From NCBI GenBank assembly GCA_964016885.1, contig CAXHJY010000065.1, forward strand, positions 31,164-95,163: DNA of 64,000 bases. The letters run 5' to 3'. Of the stretch, positions 27,731 to 40,989 are shown in pieces. The stretch comes from Eledone cirrhosa. Lineage: Eukaryota. Position 1 is the first letter of the stretch. Every line of letters begins with the position of its first letter. Position numbers and translations under genes: made by a program. The notes below the pieces were generated by a model, which had not been told where the DNA came from, did not search any database, and was given only the letters and a program-made list of their open reading frames with translations.

Positions 27731-28329
27731 ATACGTGTGTATGTGTGTGTGTGTCCATGTTTGTGTCGGTATGTATTTCTGCATTCACCTGACCCAACTT
27801 GCCTCTAATAGAATAACCTGTCTAACCCATGCTAGCATGGAAAATGGATGTTAAACGATGATGATGGTAATGATAATGTGTGTATGTGCATGTGTTTGTG
27901 CATGTGTTTATGTGTGTGTGTATGTGTGTTTATGTGTGTGTGCATGCATAGATGCATGTGGATATATCAGTAAGAGTAGATAGATTTTTAGGAATTATTT
28001 GTATTATAGGAAATTTCTAAGTGTTAAATTTGTAGAAATAATATTCAGAGATGGCAAAACACTTTTAAAAGATAATGTGAAAATGTAAATCAGTTTCTGT
28101 GATGAAATTGAAAAAAAAAGAAAGAAATCAGTTAAATATTAGAATATCAGAATATCATAAAAAGTATGATATATATATATGTATATATATATATTGACGT
28201 ATATATATATATATATCGACGTACATACATACATATATGTATATATACTTACATACACACACATATATATATATATACACACATATATACCCATGCTAGC
28301 GTGGAAGATAGACGTTAAACAATGATGAT

Positions 28330-28340
28330 GATATATATAC

Positions 28341-28371
<31 letters not shown>

Positions 28372-28390
28372 TATATACACACACATATAT

Positions 28391-28421
<31 letters not shown>

Positions 28422-28460
28422 TATATACACACACACACACACATATACACACACATATAT

Positions 28461-28491
<31 letters not shown>

Positions 28492-28600
28492 TATATACAC
28501 ACACACACATATACACACACATATATACACACACACACATATACACACACATATATACACACACACATATACACACACACACATATACACACACATATAT

Positions 28601-28673
<73 letters not shown>
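28330..28673. repeat. Compound (AT)/(AC) microsatellite with ~30-bp higher-order period, then long (TA)n
   Basis: atatacacacacatatatacacacacacac repeated; explains the spurious CVYM/THIY ORFs. Confidence 0.9.
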
Positions 28674-28677
<4 letters not shown>

Positions 28678-30621
28678 GAGAGAGAGAGAAAAGAGTGATA
28701 GAGAGAAATATCCCATAGGATATATTGTGTGAAATATATTCCCAACTAGTGATTGCTATGTTACATTGTAAACATAGTAATTTTGAGGAGATAAATAAAT
28801 AAAATATCTATGTAAGTATATGATTTTATACCGATATGAATTTGATTGTTTTATTACTATTTTTTTCTCCATAAAGATATTCTTTAAAAGGGAAAGATAT
28901 ACATTAGGAAATATTTATTATTCAATATAACCATCTAGAGGATTGAAACACGAAGACAAAGTAAATAGCTGTATCAATGTGTATTGCGTTTTTGAACAGA
29001 GACATTCCCATTAGCTGAATAATACAAATCAGTGAAGGTTATCGTAGCAATAGAGTTCTAATAACTAATTTTACATTTAGTTTAAAACAGTATTGGTAGA
29101 CCATTAAAAATACGATTATATATCAGTGTATAGTATAAGATGAACTTTTAATCTTCGGTATTTAACCCTGATCTGTAACTCTCAATGTAGTCACAGGGGC
29201 ATTGTAGAGATATACAGAGTGTCTTGGCATTTTAAACCTGGTAAAACCCATCTCTCTCTAGGTCTAAATACAGACAATTTCCTCCAAAGAAGAAGAAAGA
29301 GAGAGTGATAGAGAGGAAGTTAGAAAGAGATATATAGGAAAAACTGACCCAGTACTTGACTGGTACATCTGTAGTGGATAAATGTATTCCTTTCGTGATG
29401 AATGATAAAAAGATTAATGCCAGAATTGTGATGTTAACAATGTTTATTTTACAATAACAATATTCACTTGTTGGTACATTGAGCATCGAGTAATAAACTT
29501 GTGGCAGCAATTATCACTACATTATTTGCTGACTAGCTACTTTGAGCTAGTGTGTATACAACGATATAATAGATGTGAAATAACAGGAAGACCAAAGATT
29601 AGTGAAAAACAAGTAAAACTACTGCTTGTATGTTTGTCTATCCTGTAGTTGGTCGATTTTGCCGAGCCGGAATGAAATCTGAGAACCTTAGGCCAGGAGA
29701 GAGAAAGAGTAAAAGGTCTGCTGAGAGCCAGTAAGGCCAGGGGAGAGAGATAGGGTAAAAGTGAATTGGCTACATCGTAATCTCTCACGGACTGCTGCTT
29801 CGGTCTGGCTGATGGGTTCCCCCAAGTCCTTGTATTTATAATAATGCTATAGCTAGAAGGATGTGTATATGTGGTTGATTTATGATCATCCATGAGGATA
29901 TCGTCTCTCAGGAAGCTGGGATCACAGGTCAAGTGTTATGTATGTTTATCATCCTGGTCTCTTGACAAGACAATGGTGGGAACCTCCCAACAATAGGTGG
30001 TTCTAGAGGCAAGAAACCTCAGATTCGGTTTCGAATCTTCGCCAGTAAAACATAGGAATATTCCATTTTATCGACCTCAAATGGTTGAAAGGCAAAAATG
30101 TCACTGGTGAGATTTGAAATCAGCTTGCAAAGAGCCAAAATGAATATTGGAAGGCATTCTATTCAATTTTCTAATAACTCTGCAAGTTCGGACATTTTCG
30201 TATTTAGTTATGTCACTTGTGTTTCGTGCCGGATTGACCATTGTGCTTAGGTATGCCAGGGAACCCATCTTCCTGCCAAAAAACGTTTTTAACCTCATAA
30301 CTTAATTATCTTCATATCATAACTAAGCCCTCACAACTTAACTAGCACAGGGCCTCATTTGTCCTAAATTTCATCTTCTTCAGTCAGTTCCATAATTCCT
30401 ATTGAGCCAATTCTCTGACCTTGAGCCAATCCTCTGTGAAACGTGCATAACAGTTCAATACACTATAAATATCTTTTACAATACACTATAAATATCTTTT
30501 ACATGTAAACATAACTTCCTCATTTATTTCTAATATATACACTCTGCCTGTGTATAGATTGCTTGCTTTAGTACCAACACCAGTAATTCACTGAACCACC
30601 AACGCTTTATATATATATATA

Positions 30622-30903
30622 ATTTTACGTCCGCTTTTCCCTACTTGCAAGGGTGGGACAGGAACTGATTCTGGCTCGATTTCTACAGCTGGATGCCCTT
30701 CCTAACACCAACCTCATTTACATGAATGCTGAGTGCTTTTTTTCCGTGGCACCTACACATCCACTTTACAGTGTGAGCTGGGTGCTTTTTTGCCGTGGCA
30801 CCTCCACGACCACTTTTCAGTGGAATGATAGGGACTGGGCCATTTCTACAGCTGAGTAAACTGGAGCAATGTGAAATAAAGTGTCTTGCTCAAGGACACA
30901 ACA

Positions 30904-30908
<5 letters not shown>
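30622..30908 (-). mobile_element. Truncated copy of the composite SINE at 15961
   Basis: ctacagctggatgcccttcctaacacc ... gtgaaataaagtgtcttgctcaagg. Confidence 0.75.
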
Positions 30909-30945
<37 letters not shown>

Positions 30946-33900
30946 AGTTGTAGGTCTAGGTATTAATATACATTAATAGAAAGAGAGTGAGATGGAGAGA
31001 TTTGATGAATGATATCTTTTGATACAGTGGATGTAATTTTCATAAATATTCATTAAAATTATTTTAATTAGTTTCATTAAATAAATATTGTGTTTGTATA
31101 TTTTATCAATTGTTGTTGTAGCATTGCTAAACACTGTTTTAAACATATAGGTATTATAGGTACTCCAGTTTTTTAAATTTATTCTGGTTCTTTACATTCT
31201 GAGTTCAAATCCTGCCAAGTTCCACTTTGATTTTCATCCTTCTGAGTTCGATTAAATAAAGTACTATTCATGTAAAGGTGTCTGTATAATCAATTTTCTC
31301 CTCTCTCCAAAATTGCTAGCCTTGTGGTAAAATTAGAAACCATTATAAACAATCCTATGAAGAACCTTTAAACACAATTGCTCTAGCTGCTAAAATTAAA
31401 TCTGATATTTTGTTAATAGTGATACAACAGCTTTAAAGGGAAAGACATTAGATAGAATAATACAGTATGTACTTTGAATAAAGTAAAATGTGATGGCCAT
31501 GGCTGAAACCATTTTGGTTATAGGTCTGTTGGATCTGGGGCTCAACTGAGGCTAAATAAGCGTTGGAAAAAATTTAGCAGTTTAAGATTTATGAGTCATT
31601 TCAATTTAAGTAGAATAACTATTCTCTGGTGTAAGATACATATGGATTATGATATATGGTTAGGGTGATGGTGGAAAAGTAGGAGGGAAAAGGTAGATGT
31701 TATTGCAAGTGAATGAAGTTTTCAGTGCATCTTTTTGTCTTAACTGTTAAGACACATCAGAAGATGAGTGATATGAAGTTTGAGAGAGAAAGATATTGCA
31801 TCAGGAAAAACGATGTGAGTGAGCAGAAGAAAGAGCTTGATGAAAATAATTAGAGAGGAAGTGTGAATGAGAAGGATGTTTGAGAGATGGGAAAGAGATT
31901 ATATATGTTAAGATAAATTGAAAGATGAGAGTAAGAGATAAGAAATAAAAGAAAAAGAATTTAGTAAGGGGAATGACACAGATATAAAGAAAGAAAGAAG
32001 GAGAGACACAGAGTGAGGGAATAATAGAGAGGGAAAGTTATAGAAAGTGTAAAGAAAAATAAAAGGAAAAGGAAATAATTACAAGAAGGGAAGATTAGTT
32101 AGAGGAGAAATTGGTAAAATAGAATGTAAGGTAAAGTAAAGGAAGGAAAATGGAGGGGTTATGTTAATAAAATGAAAACAACAAAATAAGAAAAGGAATA
32201 ATAATGAAAGATAGAGATTATCAGAGATAACTTTGAAAGCTTTCATTGAACATGATTCTAAAGAAGAAAATGTTTTCTAAACTGAAGATCTAGAAGTAGT
32301 TCCTGCAAATGTGATGTGTGCACTCTAGCAAACAAGATTGCATTTGCTGATAGATCAAATTTGTTGCTTGCAGTTTTATCTCTACATGATATAGTTGTAC
32401 ATGTAAGCAAAGGTTTTTCCAGCAATAGAATCAATTGAAGAGTTATTAGGAGCCAACATTCTATGGTTGTCTTTCAAAGTATATTGAATTAAGGAAGTGA
32501 ACAAGAATTTCGCCCCATTTCTTCTAAATCTTCCTCCATGATTGACAAGTTCAGAATGATGGAATAAATTTATAATCTTATTTTAACTCTATAGGATAGC
32601 TATTTGTTCAGAAGCAGATTATTGGTAAACAGTCAGTTGATATAAGGAAATATCAAAATATTGAAAACATTGATAAGAATCAGTGTGGCGTTGGCATTTC
32701 TGTTAATGTATTTAACCTGCTTCCTTTTACATATCCACCAATTTATTTACCAAGAAAATATTTTAGCTGATTAAAAAAAGAAGCCTATGAATTAGATTTA
32801 GTTTTCTCCATAACATATATATTACACATCAGCAGAAGCTTCTTTCTATACAGTTACTCAGTCAACCAACTGCTAAAATGTCTCCTATCTTTTTAACTTT
32901 TCATCATGCTATACATAATAAAAGCTAATTTCTCTCAAATCATAAGGATCCTTTGGTTGAGCTTTCACAATGTTAACTAAATGCAATGTAAGTCTGCTTC
33001 TGGATTGGATGTAAAAACTATTAAGCTCTGAGGACAAATCCTGTTATGGTCAACTTCTATCTTTTTAGTGTTGATAAATAAAGTATCAGTGAAAGGTAGT
33101 GAACATGGGACAGAACACCTTATTTGTTCTAGCTCTTTGTATTCTCAGTTCAAATCCTACAGAGGCTTACTTGAATGTTAAATTTAATTTGCTGTGTCGG
33201 TTAAAATCACCACCTGGCCCTTAGGTACATTTAACAGCAAGCATTCAAACCAGGTCTCTGATTTGAGGATACTCTCCTTATTTCCTATCTCTCTCCAATC
33301 TCACAGGTCCTGAGAAGGGTTATAGATATTACTCTTCATCCTGACTATGCAATAAAAAAGCTATTTCTTTTCTAAAAACAGAAAATGGTTACACCAAGTG
33401 ATTATTATTAGTTTCCCATAGCAATAAAGCAATAAAAGATACATCTTCTCATGAGTTTTGAGTTAGTCTATGACAGGAAGCTTTAGTAGGAAAGATTTGA
33501 ACTCAGAACTACATGCTAATAAAAGCTCACTGGGCATCTACTGTTTGCAGCAGGAATTAACCTCTAATATCTATATAGAGCATATGCCAATGAAGGGGTA
33601 TCTTTATGGGCAATTAATTTGCTAAAAATAGCTGCTAAATTCCCCTCAAATTGTAATATACTGTTTTGAAAGAGAAAGGCACATTAAACTATCATTTAGA
33701 AGTGACTGGAGTGCTACAAGTGCATTGAAGTTGGAGGCTTCTACTTTGAGGGAGACTAGAGTTTTGTGTTGATCTGAGTTAAATAAAAGTCTCTCTGATA
33801 AACGTCTCAAAATCTTGATAATGTATATAAAGTAATACCAGAGACAAAATATGAACTATCAACCCATGAGCTCTGAGAAAAATTTCTCACGAGTATCTTC

Positions 33901-34912
33901 TAGATGAAAATCATATAGATCCTTTGCTATACTTGACATGGGAGTCAAAAATGATATTTTATAAATTCCAGTTCAATTAATTAAAAAGTGAATCTATCAT
34001 ATTGTAACAAGAAAAGTCATGTGTTGATAAAAATGTACTCTTTAACTGGACAATTCCCTGAATTTTAGTCATCCAAAAATTAATTCTAATAGAAATGGAG
34101 AAGTGAGCTTGATATGTGGTAGCTATGAACATGTTTCAGTATTATTTGGGAATCCTTAGCAAAACATTCAGAGCTGTAAAGATCAATTATAGTGTTTTTT
34201 GTACATAGTATATATTAGACAAATTAACCCTTTTGTTATGTTTTCTGAAAATATAATTTGTATTTTAATTAATCAATGAATAATCTGGGAAGGATTTACT
34301 AAAATCATAATTCCATTAAGATCGTATTTGTAACATAACAAAATGCTCTTATATAAAATTATGTCAGAAAGTTTTAATTTAAGAACAACCTTTTAAAATA
34401 GTTAGCTTTGTTTCATAGAAGCAGAGGTGTTTGGGTGAAGCCTGGTATCAAAATAATATTTCTGAACAGACCATTTGTATGACAACAAGCTAAGTACAGG
34501 TGACTGTACTTTTGATGGTGAGCCAAAAGTAAGTTTTTGTGAATTGATATTAATATTGATATTAATATTGAGAAAAATATTACCTGCTGGTACCATATCA
34601 ACTTCATCAGCGGTATTAAGAACAGAATATAATTCATCACAGATGGACAAACAGACGGATGAGTGGAAGAATAGATATATTTCTTTATTTATTTATTATT
34701 TATTTATTTTTTTAATTTATGGAAGAATAGATAGATAGATAGTTATGGTTTTACACTCGTGTGAATTGAAATTAACCTCCACTCTCACACACAAACACAG
34801 ATTTTTAAAAACTTTTTTACCATACTTCTAATAAAAGACACAACCTATAGTTTTCGAATCATCAAGGATTTGAAAAGATTTAGTAATATAACTAATTTGT
34901 CTTTATTATTAA

Positions 34913-35030
34913 TCTGAGTTCAAATCCCGCCGAGGTTAACTTTGCCTTTCATCCTTATGGGGTCGATAAAATAAAGTACCAGTAATACACTGAGTAATTG
35001 CTGGCCTTGTGCCAAAAGTAGAAACAATTA
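34913..35030 (+). mobile_element. 5'-truncated Nin/Deu-like SINE
   Basis: tgagttcaaatcccgccgaggttaactttgcctttcatcc...gtagaaacaatt; attattaatctga occurs at both ends. Confidence 0.85.
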
Positions 35031-35067
35031 TTAATCTGATGTTTGGATCATAACTTAACATAGACTA

Positions 35068-35257
35068 CAATTGTTTCTACTTTTGGCACAAATCCAGCAA
35101 TTATCCCAGTGCATTACTGATACTTCATTCTATTGACCCCATAAGGATGAAAGGCAAAGTTAGCCTCGGCGAGATTTGGACTCAGACCATAAAGGAGCCT
35201 CACTCTATGCTGCAAGGCATGACGTCCGACCTTCTACCAATACTGCCAATCCACTGC
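35068..35257 (-). mobile_element. Full Nin/Deu-like SINE with 19-bp TSD
   Basis: cataacttaacatagacta at 35049-35067 and 35258-35276. Confidence 0.9.
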
Positions 35258-35409
35258 CATAACTTAACATAGACTATAATGTAACATACTTAGATAAATA
35301 TAAACACTTTAAAATGAATTTCTTTGTATCATAAAACCAAGGGGGAGTATAGTTAATGTTCAGTTGCTACACATTCTTTCTCATTCTTTGACTTCAGGCA
35401 GCTATATAT

Positions 35410-35410
35410 A

Positions 35411-35444
<34 letters not shown>

Positions 35445-35625
35445 TTCATTTTACGTCTGCTTTCCCCTGCTTGCGAGGGTGGGATGGGTCCTCTTCAACA
35501 CAGCATCTCTTTACTTGTCATGGTCCTTTGTCATCTCCTCTGTGAACTTCAGCAATCTGAGACGAGCTTTCACCACCTCTACCTATGTTTTCCATGGTCT
35601 TCTACTACATCTTCCTTCCACTGGG
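35410..35625 (-). mobile_element. 3' end of the RTE family seen at 41-44.6 kb
   Basis: Reverse complement similar to 44385-44583. Confidence 0.8.
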
Positions 35626-36264
35626 ATATATATATATATAGATATCTGTGTGTGTTTACTTTAAGGTTTTCGACTGCAAAACACTAAAATACTATATCTG
35701 AAAGTCTTCTAAACATTTCCAAATTATTCTCTACATACCTCTCCTCTCTTCGCCTTCAGGGAAATATGAGTGTGTGAGTCTGCACATATATATGTGTGAT
35801 GGATGGTGAACCGTCACTCAACTTTTACTTGAGTGACAATTGCAGATATTTCATTTCCTCCTAACATAGAGTATATATAATCTTATTAGCCCTTAATAGT
35901 TTTGTATGGAGAATGGTGGATTTCATCTCATATTCACACATCCTTTCTGGTTTTATTTGACAATGAATACTAACTGATATTGACATGTGACATTACTACA
36001 TTTCTGATATCAAAAATGATGCCAACTATGAATGCAATATGAAGAATATGACAAATTGCAATTTTATTTTGTTTCATAATTGAAAGAGAAAGAGTGTACG
36101 AAGTTAAGAGAAAAGGAAAATGAGAAGCCTTGTTGCTGAAATTAATGATTCATCATGAAAGAATTACCAGCCTGAGGATATAATTTGGAAATGTCCTTAT
36201 ATATCAAACTTCTTTATTATTATTATTATCATCATCATCATTATCATTATTATTATTGTTATTA

Positions 36265-36646
36265 TTGGTAGATTGGCAGTATTAGTAGAGTTTCAGACAA
36301 CTTGCTTTGTAGCATATATTTATGTCCCTTTACATCCAGAGTTAAAATCCCACCCTTGATCCTTATGGGCTTAACAAAATAAAGTACCAGTAATACACTG
36401 AGGTTGATTTAATCGACATTCCCCTCCTCCTAAAATTGTTGGCCTTGTGCCTAAATCAGAAACCATTATTGTCATTATTTGGATTGGCAGTATCGGTAGA
36501 AGGTCGCACACCATGCTTTGATGCATAGAATTACGGCCCTTTCCCTTCTGAGTTCAAATCCCCCCGAGGTTTCCTTATGGGGTCGATAAAATAAGGTACC
36601 AGTAATGCACTGGGTAATTGCTGGCCTTGTGCCAAAAGTAGAAACA

Positions 36647-36688
<42 letters not shown>

Positions 36689-36805
36689 TTATTATAACTG
36701 GCAGAATTGTTAGAGCATCGGACAAATGCATAGCAATCTTTGCTCCAGCTCTTTACATTCTGAGTTAAAATCCAGCTGACACCAGCTTTGCTTTCCATCT
36801 TTCTG
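36265..36805 (+). mobile_element. Tandem cluster of three SINE copies of different ages separated by (ATT)n
   Basis: Copies at ~36267-36470, 36480-36650 and 36697-36805. Confidence 0.75.
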
Positions 36806-36808
36806 GAG

Positions 36809-38046
36809 TCATCATCATCATCATCATCATCGTTTAACGTCCATATTCCACGCTTGCATGGGTTTGGACGGGAGTTTTCCCACTTGAGGCAAGAGTGGTT
36901 GTCTTGCTCGCATAGGACTGTCTGGCGGGTTTTCTACGGCTGGATGCTCTTCCTAACACCAACCACATTTACAGTGTGGAACTGGGAGGTTTTTACGGTG
37001 TTACCTACACGGCCACATTACAGCGTGGACTGTGTGTTTTTTTGTTGTGACACCTACATGACCTCATTTGTTTTGGGCTGGATGTTGTGGTATCAACATA
37101 ACTTTACATTGAAAGGGGTGGTGGGATGGGGTGGGGGTAGTGGGACGGGGGTGTATTTTGTTAGAGGTGCCTACTGACTGTAGTAGGTTTCACTTTGTAC
37201 TTAGGTAAGGCGGGTCTTCTCTATTACTGTGTAGCGCCAAAGATCTCGGTCCAGTGACATTTTCTTGGAGAGATGTAAGTGTGTGAGGTCGGAATTTATC
37301 AAGTCGTCCCAGGTTTTTCTGGATCTGCCTACTCCGTGGCTACCGTCTATTTTTATTGCCCTGCACTTTTTTATACAGCTGTCATCTTTCATGCGCATCA
37401 CGTGACCATACCAACATAGTCTTCTATCAAGTAAACAACATCTGATCCCTCTTATTTCTAATTTTTCCCTTAGTTTGTTTATGCTTTGCCATTCACGTAT
37501 ATTACTATTACACATCCAGCGGAGCATGCAAGCTTCGTTCCTCTCCAGTCTGCGTATATCCTCTGCACACAATGCCCAGGTCTCACTGCCATGCAACATT
37601 GCTGTTTGTATGCAGGTATCATACAGCCTGCCTTTCATTTTTAGGGAGAACCCTTTAGCGGCTAATAGTGGTATAAGCTCTCTGAACTTTTTCCATCCAG
37701 TTCCGACTCTAGCTACTGTACTTTCAGAGCACCCTACTCCACTGCTGATTTTGTCACCCAGATAACGGAAGCTGTCCACTATTTCTATAGAACCATCTGT
37801 GCAATGGAATGAGCTAGTATTTTGTAGCACTTTCTGCTACTTATTGCACCAGAGCACCGGCCACATATAAAATCTATGTTCTTAGTTAGCTTACCTGTGA
37901 TCCCACTACATCTTTTATGCACCCATACTTTGCATTTGGGACATAAAATGGAGTTTCTACCTACTCCTTTCCTACACACTGAGCATGGCCATTTCCCGGA
38001 TGGGACCGGCGCCCTATTTTCCTTCCTACAAACTAGAACTTTAGTC
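36809..38046 (-). mobile_element. RTE 3' fragment (PHD insert + RT C-terminus) with composite tail
   Basis: ORFs 37785-38108 (CSVC...CPKC..WVHKRC...CGRC) and 37201-37830 (FRYLG, MLHGSETW, CWYGHVMRM). Confidence 0.9.
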
Positions 38047-38153
38047 AATAAAATAAAATACCAGTAAAGAATTGGGGTTGATATAATCAACTTATCCCAT
38101 GCCTCCAAACTACTGGATTTGTGCCTAAAATAGAATTCATTATTTTATTATAA

Positions 38154-38345
38154 GGGCAGTGGATTGACAGTATCGGTAGAGGGTCGGACGCCCTGCTTTG
38201 ACGCATAGAGTTACGGCCCTTGCCATTCTGAGTTCAAATCCCGCCGAAGTTAACTTTGCCTTTCATCCTTACGGGGTCGATAAAATAAAGTACCAGTAAT
38301 ACACTGGGTAATTTGCTGGCCTTGTGCCAAAAGTAGAAACAATTA
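38154..38345 (+). mobile_element. Young tRNA-derived SINE with Nin/Deu-like central domain
   Basis: A-box-like tgacagtatcgg; B box gagttcaaatcc; actttgcctttcatccttacggggtcgataaaataaagtaccag domain (named from recall); more than 10 relatives in the window. Confidence 0.85.
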
Positions 38346-40939
38346 TTTTATTACAATTCCTTTTTTTATATCCTGTTGAGATGGATCCATGGGCTTGAAT
38401 CACTATAAGGATGGTGTTACTTATGGTGTTACACTATAAGGATGGTGTTACAATAGGGCATTCTGTCAATATTAGTTGCCTTAAATATGGTAGGAGAAAA
38501 TTTCAGTTCCCTTCTTACATGAATCATAGAGCTCTGATGACACCTGGGTCTATTTCATTTTTCATTTCCATGTCTAGATTTTTGTGCTTGTCACCTTTAC
38601 TGTAACATTCATAGAGATGTTTCTTTCAGATGATATTGCTATGTCAATAAGTATTCACCTCTTATCTTTCCTGTACAATCACTGTAAAATGTATCCATAA
38701 TTTATTGAAGGTCACTTTCAGAATGTAGAAACAGATCACAATCATTAGCATAAAATATATTTTCAACTATTGAAGCAAAACTTTTAAACCTTGCCTTGAA
38801 ATGTGAGAAATAAAAAAGATTCCTATCAATGGTAATGATATAAACCAGTCTCCCACTCCTAGGAAGCAATTATGAAATTAAAGACTGAGTTGCAGCAGGG
38901 ATATTTCATTGTTTTTCTCCATTTTTCACAGCAATTGGAGATGATAATTTACCATTAAATTTACGATTACATTTAAAACATCATGGAACAATCTTAAAAT
39001 ATAAACCACTTTTGATGTGCAGCCAATGTTTCCTATTGCAACCAAATGTGCTTCTTATTAGTTGTGTCAAAATCTGTCATAAGATCAATAAATACTGTGA
39101 TTAATTTGCAGTAAAAATCCTGTCTTCTGTCTACCTTTCTGATTTAAAACACACTTGATGGAAAAATCTTTGTTACAAAAAAAACTTATAAAATTACTTA
39201 TCCAGTAGAAACATTCCCTTTTTTATTCTTGTCCTTATACAGTGAAAAGAGAATATATTTCAAATCCTGATGGCTGTGTAATCCCTGAAAACATCATTTA
39301 TTTGGCAATGAGTGTTGCTAACTACTTTATTACCTTCACATCCAAACATTTCTAAGAGAATTACATCAATGCCACAGATATTTCTAGTCTGTCTCAAGCC
39401 AATCGCCTTTTGCAACTCTTTAGGAGCTGGGATATTATGTATCTCCTGCATGAGGTAGTTGGCAAACTGACAGAATCATTAGAGCATAGGACAAAATGCA
39501 TTCCAGTATTTTTATGCTCTGAGTTCAAATGATGGTATCAATAAAATAAAGTACAAGTACAGATTGATAGATTTACAGAACTGTTAGAGCATTAGATTAG
39601 ATGCCTTGTGGTATTTTTTCATGAACTTTGAATTCTGAATTTCAAAGCATAGTTTGGACAATTTGGACAATTTGCCACACACGGTCTACTACAACTGTTA
39701 TTTCTGTGACAACACAATCTCTGCCTGACGACCAGCTTGTCAGTTTTTAAGAAAACAGCCCAAAATGTTTGAAAATGTGTCTGCTTGTACATCACCACAT
39801 TACCAAGGCCTTATTGAATACTATAATCATTGATTGTATTTATGATTTGAAGCAGACATACTTTTCCTTTGTGAGGTGAAGTAAATCTATATATAATAAA
39901 CCAGTATTGTGGTATTTGCTGTGTTCATCTTTTCTTCCAGAACAAATAGACTTCTCTTCAATAGTATCATACATGCCCTTCCTCTTCTGACTAAACAGTA
40001 AAACTATTTTTATCTTCATTCAATCATCATCACTGCTGACAGCATCATCATCCTCATCATTGCCACCATTGTTTAATGTCCATTTTTCTGCTAACAAAGA
40101 TTGAAAATGTCATCACAGACCAGTCAATACTCAAGCTGAGTGACAGATCTCCAGGTAGGCTGGGAACCTGACATACAATCCCACACTCTATTGAATATAT
40201 TTTATCATGGCACCAAAATTAGGAAAGTTGTTATAGCCTTGACACAATTGAGGAGTTCTCCTGACTCTTTTGTTTGACCGGTTATCTGTGGCTAGATGCC
40301 CTTTTAATCACAGATCACTTTATAGAGTGTACAGGGTATGTTTATTGAGTAGTTCAGCAACACTAGAGATGTCATGACTATGGCACAACTGAAGAGTCCT
40401 TATTTAATAGGCATTAGGATATTTACTTATTCTAATGTTAAAATATACTATTCATATTGAGCACATGTCTGTAACACAGAACAGAAGAAACCAGTCAGCT
40501 CTAGACATATTGGAAAACAATTTCATTTCTTACATAAAGATGAATTTTCAAGAGTAATCAAATAAGGCTCTATTAATCCATTTGCTACCAACCAGCTGAA
40601 ACCAACTCAAGTTATATGATGAAAAATCACGTTTTATTGTGTTTATATGAAATTTAAACCTTCCATTATAATTTAATACCATAACCTTTTCTAAGGTAAT
40701 ATTCTAAACAACAATTTAATATTGAGAAAGTTAACTATATTACCCTGCAGATTTTTGAATATTTTAAAAAGTAATTTAAAATCACAGTATATTATATTAG
40801 AAATATGATAATGAAAGGTTTAAACAAATATTGTTTTATTAATAAGAATTCTGATCCTTTTATAGCTACTTTTCAATTTCAGCAATGCTAGGTATTCTGC
40901 TTGGCTCCACAATCGGGATTTTACGCATCTCTCTCTCTA

Positions 40940-40989
<50 letters not shown>

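Noticed and set aside
28139-28745. Long ORFs rich in CVYM/THIY
   Set aside because: Translations of (AT)/(AC) microsatellites, not genes
29469-29992. Possible solo LTR (TGTTGG...CCAACA)
   Set aside because: The flanks (tcact / atagg) give no TSD and there is no second copy in the window
31760-32230. Purine-rich tract
   Set aside because: Low-complexity GA-rich sequence without periodicity or ORF support
34575-34615. CTGATGA on the minus strand as a hammerhead core
   Set aside because: No stem II followed by GAAA
34402-34650. Possible host exons (ag...gtaagt on plus; cag|gtaat on minus)
   Set aside because: The plus candidate has stops in all three frames; the minus candidate lacks a clear acceptor or recognisable protein
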